Virus record (IMG/VR): IMGVR_UViG_2531839665_000013
Reading direction: 5' to 3' (one strand)
DNA from: a virus
Taxonomy: Duplodnaviria > Heunggongvirae > Uroviricota > Caudoviricetes
DNA length: 32,154 bases
In this document: positions 25,302 to 32,154 of the stretch, piece after piece
Position numbering within the stretch: the first letter of the stretch is position 1
Layout of the letters: every line of letters begins with the position of its first letter
The notes under the pieces: model-generated
Told to the model about the DNA's origin: nothing
The model's input: only the letters and a program-made list of their open reading frames with translations
Databases searched by the model: none
Program-made: the position numbers and the translations under genes

Positions 25302-25511
25302 TTAATGCCTGACAAGATAATGTAATTCCGTTTCACCTATGATTTGGGCATCAGAAGGGATACGGTCGATACACCACTTTGGAATCTTGCGTGTTTTTGG
25401 TTTGTGTGAGGTGATAACTTGACGTTTGTTTTTAATTCTTAAGGCTGGATTGGCTTGTAACTTTAAGTTTTCACAAACAGACCGAATAGTCTCTAAACGT
25501 TCTTCAATCAT
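25302..25511 (-). CDS. Hypothetical small protein (69 aa)
   Basis: GAGGTGA RBS directly before the ATG; start context TGAGGTGATGAATG shared with the next gene. Confidence 0.45.
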   Translation of the reverse strand: MIEERLETIRSVCENLKLQANPALRIKNKRQVITSHKPKTRKIPKWCIDRIPSDAQIIGETELHYLVRH

Positions 25512-25533
25512 TCATCACCTCATAATTCAATTT

Positions 25534-25842
25534 TCACTCCAAGAAGCGAATGCACTTTACACCGCGTTCATTCTTTACAATTTCGTAACGTATTGAGAGA
25601 CCAGCTTTATCAAAGATAGATTCAAGCCGTCCTACATCACGCTTGAGGTCTCTAATAAGGAAGGTTAAATCATCTCGACCCTCAAACTTTAGTTCGGCAA
25701 GAGGCTTTTCTTCCATACGACCAATAAGATATTCAGTGACCTCCTGAATATCACCAAGAGTCGTTTTAATTTCATTGAACCTATCTTCAAAAGGTTCCAT
25801 TACCCCTTTAATTCTTTTATCGCGTTCTGTTAAATCATTCAT
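25534..25842 (-). CDS. Hypothetical acidic protein (102 aa)
   Basis: GAGGTGA RBS; ORF from track. Confidence 0.55.
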   Translation of the reverse strand: MNDLTERDKRIKGVMEPFEDRFNEIKTTLGDIQEVTEYLIGRMEEKPLAELKFEGRDDLTFLIRDLKRDVGRLESIFDKAGLSIRYEIVKNERGVKCIRFLE

Positions 25843-25850
25843 TCATCACC

Positions 25851-26555
25851 TCAAATAGCCTTGCTAAATTCTCGTGGAACACTCAGAAAATCATTGAAGC
25901 TGATAATCTGTGCCAACTCTTGACGGTACTCCTTAGCCAACGCTTGATGGTCACTAATCAGCTTAGCCAGTCTTGATTTCAGCAAATTAATCTCATTTTC
26001 TCTTGCTTTCATCAGTTTCTCTTTGGCAATTTCTTCAAGCTCAGCCTGTGATTTATCAGCAACAATTAGAGACAGTCGATGTGGTGCTCTGACAGCTCTT
26101 TCTGTACGAATAACTCTTTGACCTTCTGGTAAATCTGCAATCACTTTACCAATCTCTACAGGGTCATACCCCCAACCGTCACGGTCCAGTCGAGAGAAAT
26201 AAGCATAAGAATTGGTTTGAAGCTCCATCGAAATAGCCATTTCGTCAATTTCGTCTTCAAGCTTGGACTGAATTTTCTCGTAAACACTTCTCATTGCTTC
26301 TTGAGAGTCTTTAATAGCTTGGAAATATCGGCGTTGTAGCTTCAACTTCAAATCAAGTTCACACTGTTCGTTCATAGAAAAATCAATTTCAACTCTTGGA
26401 ATCTCGAGTGGTTCTGGTGGAATATATGGACCTTTATTTACTTCGTGTGATTCCCGCCAAGCTCTATCAAAAGATTCACGCAAAGTTAATTCGTGAATAT
26501 CAAGTGCACTTGGTCGGCTTTCAATAATCATTTCATTTTCATCACGGATAGCCAT
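25851..26555 (-). CDS. Hypothetical protein (234 aa), highly charged with coiled-coil character
   Basis: ORF from track. Confidence 0.6.
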   Translation of the reverse strand: MAIRDENEMIIESRPSALDIHELTLRESFDRAWRESHEVNKGPYIPPEPLEIPRVEIDFSMNEQCELDLKLKLQRRYFQAIKDSQEAMRSVYEKIQSKLEDEIDEMAISMELQTNSYAYFSRLDRDGWGYDPVEIGKVIADLPEGQRVIRTERAVRAPHRLSLIVADKSQAELEEIAKEKLMKARENEINLLKSRLAKLISDHQALAKEYRQELAQIISFNDFLSVPREFSKAI

Positions 26556-26890
26556 TAATACCTTTCCTCTTCTAAGATAATTTATGTTTCAGTTTTTAAA
26601 AAGCACACCTGACATCCTCGAACTTAGAAGAGGCTTAAAAGGCGGTTTGCCAAGTATGCTTTTTAAAAGCTGAAAAAGCCCTAGATAACTAAAACGCTAT
26701 AAAGGGCTAAGGTGAAGAAATTAAAGAACATCTAAAGGATTCAATGAATGAACAAAGACTTTTCGAGATGACCTCTCAGACTAACCTGAAAGGCCATGTA
26801 GCGAAAAGCATTGCACCTTTCCAACTCAGAATATAGTTATCATCGATGTAGAATGATTAATATTTTAATTCAAGGAGAATTGCTCCCCCT

Positions 26891-26922
26891 ATAGACTTCG
26901 GATAGAAGACTATCCTCATATA
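26891..26922. promoter_or_regulatory. 32-bp element, copy 2 (identical to 25175-25206)
   Basis: Read directly. Confidence 0.6.
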
Positions 26923-26979
26923 TACAATTATGTCATGCTCAAGGTTATTTGTCAACAGCTTTTAACAGATTGGTAACAT

Positions 26980-27045
26980 TTATACTTTAATAGATGCACC
27001 TGCAATCATACCAATCAATACAAAACAGATAATCACCAATCCCAT
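26980..27045 (-). CDS. Possible 21-aa hydrophobic peptide (MGLVIICFVLIGMIAGASIKV), TAATG-coupled to the upstream gene
   Basis: Hand-translated; start overlaps the stop of the 27045-27374 ORF. Confidence 0.25.
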   Translation of the reverse strand: MGLVIICFVLIGMIAGASIKV

Positions 27046-27374
27046 TAATGCACCACCTTCGAATCCGTCACCAAAATATTGTCAGCGTACAAAATTGCTA
27101 TAGCTGCCTTGAGATATCTTTCAGGGCTAACGCTGTATTTGCTCGTTTGCTCGATAACCAATCTTTTCATGTTGCTGTCTTTAATTGGTAGCATCATTCG
27201 AGGCTCGTTAAACTCCACCGACTGAATAAAGTCAGAGATGCTTTCCGCATTATCAGTCATTAACTCTAACAACTTATCAAAGTCAATGCTAATACCTGCA
27301 TCAGTGAAGCTTTGCACCATCATAGCGGTGTCGTTATCAATAAAAATCTGTAGTGGGAAGTTTAATTCTCTCAT
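27045..27374 (-). CDS. Hypothetical acidic protein (109 aa)
   Basis: AAGGAG RBS; ORF from track. Confidence 0.55.
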   Translation of the reverse strand: MRELNFPLQIFIDNDTAMMVQSFTDAGISIDFDKLLELMTDNAESISDFIQSVEFNEPRMMLPIKDSNMKRLVIEQTSKYSVSPERYLKAAIAILYADNILVTDSKVVH

Positions 27375-27523
27375 TTCCTAAAATCTCCTTTTTACCATAC
27401 CTCCTCAATCGCTCTGTAACGAGCTAAACAGTCTTTTTCAGGGGTAGCATGTAGGGGTGTACCACATACCTAAAATAAGATAGTTTTTTGCGTTAGAATG
27501 CGATTGAGAGCGTCTGAGAAGCT
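27375..27523 (-). repeat. Left arm of a ~150-bp imperfect inverted repeat (promoter/5' leader of the 27045-27374 gene)
   Basis: Aligns by eye with the reverse complement of 30293-30445; shared blocks GCTTCTCAGACGCTCT, TTAGAATGCG, TAAAATAA, GTGGTACA, CTACCCCT, GCTCG(T/C)TACAGAGC. Confidence 0.55.
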
Positions 27524-27552
27524 GTTTTTCTAATTTCTCTTAAAGTCTCGGA

Positions 27553-27753
27553 CTACCAATAACCTAATTCCGCTTTATTTCGTTCAAACCATTCCGCTGT
27601 AACTGCTGTCTTTAGTGTTGCGTTTGGGCTGGTGGCATGAATGAAGATATCTTTTGGATTGCAAGCATCACCGAAACCACCTTCTTTGATGAGCAGGTCT
27701 GATACATGCTTAATCATTTTATCTGTCAAATATTCGAATTTAATACATAGCAT
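27553..27753 (-). CDS. Hypothetical small protein (66 aa from the Met that overlaps the HNH stop)
   Basis: TAATG overlap with the upstream HNH gene; the track ORF extends to 27786. Confidence 0.45.
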   Translation of the reverse strand: MLCIKFEYLTDKMIKHVSDLLIKEGGFGDACNPKDIFIHATSPNATLKTAVTAEWFERNKAELGYW

Positions 27754-28025
27754 TAAATCTCCAGTAGTAAATTGTTTGGGTCGCAATTTCTTTTATTACC
27801 ATCCCTGAAGATAATTTTTTTAGTTGCCTGAACTTCATGATGCAAAAACCAGATGACATACTTCAGATAATAATCACGAGTGCCATAACGAATCATTGGA
27901 TTACCGTAAGCATCATCTCTTGTCTTAACTTCTCCACCATCAATCCATTCAAGCATTCCTGTTTCGTAATTAATCATGAAGTAAGTTGCAAAGAACCGTT
28001 TAATATCATCTCGCCATTGCTTCAT
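27753..28025 (-). CDS. HNH-type endonuclease (small, homing-endonuclease-like)
   Basis: ...HHEVQATKKIIFRDGNKRNCDPNNLLL... fits the HNH His...Asn...Asn pattern; AGGAAG RBS. Confidence 0.6.
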   Translation of the reverse strand: MKQWRDDIKRFFATYFMINYETGMLEWIDGGEVKTRDDAYGNPMIRYGTRDYYLKYVIWFLHHEVQATKKIIFRDGNKRNCDPNNLLLEI

Positions 28026-28027
28026 AA

Positions 28028-28309
28028 TCAGACTTCCTGAGACAGTTTGTGAATTTTGATACTTAGTAACCTTGCTAAATCCAGTCCAAAAGCATTTAAA
28101 GATTTCAGACTATCAAGGTCATCTTTCTTAATCCTGACATGGTGTCTTGCTGCCTCTAAACGACTATTAAGCAAATCCTGCTCGTTAATATCACGGTTAA
28201 TTGCAAGCTTCATCACTGCTGAGTGTGGCAGACCTGTAATGTTTTTGATTCGGTTAAGTTCTTCAAAGGCTGTCTTTGTAACTCTGGTTAGCGTGTGTTT
28301 ATTTCCCAT
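28028..28309 (-). CDS. Hypothetical small protein (93 aa), possibly a DNA-binding regulator
   Basis: Internal Met of a track ORF; ATG sits 1 nt after the upstream stop (TAA-A-ATG). Confidence 0.45.
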   Translation of the reverse strand: MGNKHTLTRVTKTAFEELNRIKNITGLPHSAVMKLAINRDINEQDLLNSRLEAARHHVRIKKDDLDSLKSLNAFGLDLARLLSIKIHKLSQEV

Positions 28310-28310
28310 T

Positions 28311-28865
28311 TTAAAATTCCTCTGCTTGTGCGTATACGTCAAATTCAAAGTCTGGTTCACTGGTTGTAAGGCTGATATTTCCAACTTCCGCATGATGATT
28401 AATTGTCTCAATAACTTTCATGCAAATAGTGGCTAAGTTAGCGCAATATTTATCACTTGGTAATTCGTAGCTAAGTCTGGTTGCTTGTCTTTGAAGATGG
28501 CTCGTCACTGTGCTTGAACTAATCTCATCAAGGCTTCGAAGCAAATAAAAAACCTTCCGGTGATAGTTATCCCTTCCAAAGCTGCGACAAGTACCGATAA
28601 TTACATCTTCAATTTTTGATGGTAGTTGCTCGTAAGAATCAAAGCTCATCAAGAAAGTTTTTAAAGTATTCTCTTTTTCTTTGCGTACTGGCATAAATCT
28701 GTCTCGTGGCGTAATGCTACGAATGACCGCTTCAATGTTTTTACGTTCGGTTTTGGAAAAGGCTGGTACTTCGTAGCTGGTGGGGGTGTCTGTGTAAGCG
28801 TAGGAGTTGTGCTTGTTGCGCTCTCTTGATGCTTGAAGCATCGCTCTAAATTCTCTGTCGTTCAT
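28311..28865 (-). CDS. Hypothetical protein (184 aa)
   Basis: ORF from track; first gene after the long non-coding region. Confidence 0.6.
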   Translation of the reverse strand: MNDREFRAMLQASRERNKHNSYAYTDTPTSYEVPAFSKTERKNIEAVIRSITPRDRFMPVRKEKENTLKTFLMSFDSYEQLPSKIEDVIIGTCRSFGRDNYHRKVFYLLRSLDEISSSTVTSHLQRQATRLSYELPSDKYCANLATICMKVIETINHHAEVGNISLTTSEPDFEFDVYAQAEEF

Positions 28866-29375
28866 TCATATTCTGACCCTCATGAAATGTTATTATTCTG
28901 TTAACTTATATATACAATACTAGCATTTTCAAAGACTAATGTCAAGTATTTTTTAACATTTCATTAACATCTGTGGTATAATGGTTCTATGAGAGAGGGG
29001 GAAATATGAAGCGTGGCTATGTATTTGGTCACATGTTTTTGCATTGCACACAGAAGGTACATTGAATGGTAAATCTCCCTCCTGAGCTGGGGTCACCTGA
29101 TGTATGGGCTGGTGGAGGTGTTGGGCTGATTGCAGGTCTTCTGCTCCGCTATTTCATCGTTCGGGTGTTTATCGTGTTCAGATTGTTTGGTCGTGAATGG
29201 TCATTTGACCTCAAGGACAGGACCAGAACAGACAACCACACAGACCCCCGTTAAACTCCCTTCAAATCCCCCTGTACGAGATGGTATAGGGGCATTTTTA
29301 GCATTTTGTGCTATCTATTAAAAAACAGCTTGACAGAACCGGAAGGCTGTATCTATCAAGTATTCACCCCTCTAA

Positions 29376-29530
29376 CAGTGATTTCTAAAAATGCTTATTT
29401 TTCAATGAGTTGTAATTAGCCAATATAAAGGACTGACAAGACTCTTCACAGAGAACTCTGTAACCTTAACATTGATTTCTAAAAGTTATTATTTTTCAAT
29501 AAGTTGTAATCACCCAATATAATAGCTGTT
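29376..29530. repeat. Two ~60-bp direct repeats (29376-29435 and 29469-29530) inside the coding-poor region
   Basis: (C)AGTGATTTCTAAAAATGCTTATTTTTCAATGAGTTGTAATTAGCCAATATAAAGGACTG vs ACATTGATTTCTAAAAGTTATTATTTTTCAATAAGTTGTAATCACCCAATATAATAGCTG; most positions agree. Confidence 0.6.
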
Positions 29531-30292
29531 CAGCACCTTCACAGGGAAACTTCAGAGGCCTTCTTAACCGTCCACTAATCGAGAGAGAGGGTGATACATG
29601 AGAAAGAACCCTCCCTTCTTAAAAACCTTCTTGACAATCTTTACAGACCTTGTTCAAGGTAATCACAATAGTTTTCTTCCCTCGGTTTCCTGTGTTCCTC
29701 GGTTTATCTATTGAGGGCTTTGAAATGTCCCTGTAACTTCCCTCTTAGACAGGGAAGAATAATATTGGTGACACAAGCGAAGCGCCCCTCTAAAAAGATT
29801 TTTTAGCTACTTTGTTTAAAAGCACATCAAACGATACATTTTATTGATTTAGGTCAAAGACAAAAGCATTGACAAAATGGTAAGATTGTTCACATGACCT
29901 TACTTAACAGATTCTTGAGAGCTTTGAAACGGCCTATTTAACAAGGTTACTACCTCTGGTCTTATCGCTCCCTCTTGGTAGTTCTGTTAAGAATTTTTCA
30001 GTTTTTATTCTTAAGATAATTGTTAAGATGATACTCTCCCCTTCGGGTTATATCGTATCTTTCCTCCCGTTAAACACTCCTTCCTAGCAACTTCATAGTT
30101 ATCTGTCAAGTACCTTTGAAGATTCTATCAAAACCCTCTAAATCCGACCTGATATAGAAGTTTTACAGGCATACTCTCTAGATACCATCAAGGGACACTA
30201 AGCGGGAGAGAGGATATGGTGACCATAGGGGAACCCCTCCTGTTAAAAAGACCACTTAGAAGTCTGAGACTTTAGTAAAATCTGTGAATATG

Positions 30293-30445
30293 GCTTCTCA
30301 GACGCTCTGTAACGCATTCTAAGCGATTTTACCCCTTTATTTTAAGATGGGTGGTACATACCTATAGACTACCCCTAAAACTGGGGTTAAAACTCGCTAC
30401 AGAGCTTTCTATGAGGTTTGGTAAGATTGTGCAAAATCTGTACAG
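30293..30445 (+). repeat. Right arm of the ~150-bp imperfect inverted repeat
   Basis: See the left arm at 27375-27523. Confidence 0.55.
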
Positions 30446-31070
30446 TAACTTTTCAGAGTCTGAAAATTTTTATAAAAATCATAGTAACCCCTCTACATTT
30501 CCCTTCACCGATAATCTTAAAAAATATCTACACAGTTGATTCGGTAGAATCTACCTCATGATTGATGGCTGTTAAGTACCCCAGATTCACGATATAGCAC
30601 CCCCTTTGCAAAAGCAGTTAAAATATCTATTGACTTTCTTCATAGCATCTGTTTAGCTCCACCTCAAGAAACCTTCACCACACTTCAAAGCATCTATCAA
30701 GAAGATTTAACCTATCAATAGCTGTAAAATTTTATAGTCCTGTGAAGTCCTCCCCAGTTTTCTCTGTAACAGCTACAAACTTCTGTGACCTTATGTATCA
30801 ATGACTTAGAATACATGCTCTCAAGGTTCTGTATAGTCTCTTATCATCCAATACATAAAACCCTTATAAATCAGTACTGATATGTATACAGTTCGTTTTT
30901 AACATAATAGCTGTTTTACGCACTAATCGTGTTCTACATGAAATCTGTATAGATATTAAGGTGTCTGTAAGTGATTTTTTAAGAGGAGCTACGAAGAACT
31001 ATAACCATCATCTCCTAACTTTCACATGAGAAACTGTTAATCAGCTTGATAGTTACACCATGTGACCAAC

Positions 31071-31318
31071 TGCATAGATAGCGTTATATAGCACTGTATA
31101 TAGCACTTTTCTAGGAGTCGAGAGAGGGACGACTAACACCCTGCATAGCTCCCTGAAAAGAGACTTCACAGATTCTTTATATATTTCAATAAGTTATGAT
31201 AAAAAGGGACTATACCGATACTGCATAGAATCTGTGTAGAATTGCATAGATACTTGGAAAAATGCCTTTAAATTGCATAGGTACTAACCTGTTTATGTCC
31301 TGTTATTTACAGGCATAG
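31071..31318. repeat. Iteron-like cluster: TGCATAG at 31071, 31142, 31222, 31244, 31274 (and GCATAG at 31313), plus TATATAGCAC x2 at 31086-31107
   Basis: Read directly. Confidence 0.55.
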
Positions 31319-31320
31319 CA

Positions 31321-32154
31321 TTATTGGTTAATTAATTCATCCGACTCTATATCATTACCTTTTTCTTTTTCCTTTTTAATTTTAGCCTCTACCATATCGA
31401 ACATTTTCATTGTCTGTGATGAAGTTAGCTCTTTCTTTTGTCGTAGTGCATTACGTATGGTAGAAGCTTCAATATCAGAAACTGTTAAAAGTTCTTCTAC
31501 CCTACTCTTCAATTGCTGTAATGAACGGCTATTATCAACTTTAAAGAAATCATCCATTACCTCAAGTGAGGCAACAATCAAATCCTGTAGTCTCTCTTTT
31601 TCTATCTCGATATTTTCAATGGTTTGTTTTTCTTTAGATACTAACTGCTTTAAATTATTAATTTCTTTCTGAATCAGTTTCTTCTCTGTCTGTAGCTCTT
31701 CTGTGACCAGCTCTTCACGCTTACCACGCTCTACTTCCGCTTTAATATCAGCATCAATTTTAGCATTTTCTTTCTCTTCTTCTCTGGCAACCCGAACCTT
31801 TAACCCCGTTAACCTGATTGAATTAAGGTATTCTTTTTCCTTTGTAAGATAAACATTTTCACTGTGTTTATCTGTAGCCCATTTTTGAGCAAGAGAAAGT
31901 AACCATTGAGCATAAGGAGTAATAACAGCTAGCACACTTCCAAAAAAGACAGGTGCTAACAGATAATGTACATAAAAATATTCCTGAGACAGAATATAAT
32001 CTATTCGAAACTTAACAGGAGCATCACTCATAAAGAGCATTGCTAAGTTAGGCCAATTGAACCATACCCATGCAAGAATGATATATCCCCATAATGGGCT
32101 TTTAATCCTATCGTTTATTGCTTGCATAGTAGAATCTAACCATCCATCACTCAT
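31321..32154 (-). CDS. Hypothetical membrane-anchored coiled-coil protein (277 aa); start codon at window edge, may extend beyond
   Basis: N-terminal hydrophobic segments (LWGYIILAWVWFNWPNLAMLF; LLAPVFFGSVLAVITPYAQWLL) followed by a long Glu/Lys-rich heptad-like region. Confidence 0.55.
   Translation of the reverse strand: MSDGWLDSTMQAINDRIKSPLWGYIILAWVWFNWPNLAMLFMSDAPVKFRIDYILSQEYFYVHYLLAPVFFGSVLAVITPYAQWLLSLAQKWATDKHSENVYLTKEKEYLNSIRLTGLKVRVAREEEKENAKIDADIKAEVERGKREELVTEELQTEKKLIQKEINNLKQLVSKEKQTIENIEIEKERLQDLIVASLEVMDDFFKVDNSRSLQQLKSRVEELLTVSDIEASTIRNALRQKKELTSSQTMKMFDMVEAKIKKEKEKGNDIESDELINQ

Larger units (their letters stand above)
20650..32154. mobile_element. Second, AT-rich integrative/phage-derived element (runs off right edge); left boundary approximate
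   Basis: Abrupt compositional change; large serine recombinase at the boundary; phage-type genes (tape measure, HNH); repeat-rich non-coding region. Confidence 0.6.

Noticed and set aside
28056-29321. Plus-strand ORFs 28056-28436, 29066-29254 and 29130-29321
   Set aside because: The first is antisense to two coupled minus-strand genes; the other two lie in the GC-richer island without an RBS, though a structured RNA there is not excluded.
28866-31320. CRISPR array in the repeat-rich non-coding region
   Set aside because: The repeats are few, long (~60 bp), imperfect and irregularly spaced, and no cas genes are nearby.

Overview
The window holds the right-hand ~20 kb of an integrated lambdoid prophage (late operon on the minus strand), an integration junction, and the start of a second, AT-rich mobile element. 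All calls are by eye from the sequence and ORF track; no database search or computation was possible. Prophage part (1 to ~20200), right to left on the minus strand: Q-like antiterminator, terminator, three tRNA-like genes, NanS-p-like sialate O-acetylesterase, phage-21-type pinholin, two unrelated inserted genes, SAR endolysin, Rz/Rz1 spanins, a lambda-type cos site and a Nu1-like terminase small subunit running off the left edge. This is the backbone of Stx-converting phages, but no stx genes are present. Upstream lie a helicase/TOPRIM-primase replication module, a cro/cI-like switch, a run of small early-left accessory genes (including a membrane peptide + SPFH lipoprotein pair), excisionase and tyrosine integrase. 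Positions ~20230-20625 look like a host gene fragment. From ~20650 a large serine recombinase opens a second element with a tape-measure-like gene, an HNH endonuclease, tightly coupled small genes and a 2.4 kb coding-poor, repeat-rich region. The best candidates for an undescribed system are the two-gene insert in the lysis cassette, the antisense AT-rich gene next to Q, the membrane-peptide/SPFH pair, and the repeat-rich second element; none can be named from sequence alone.
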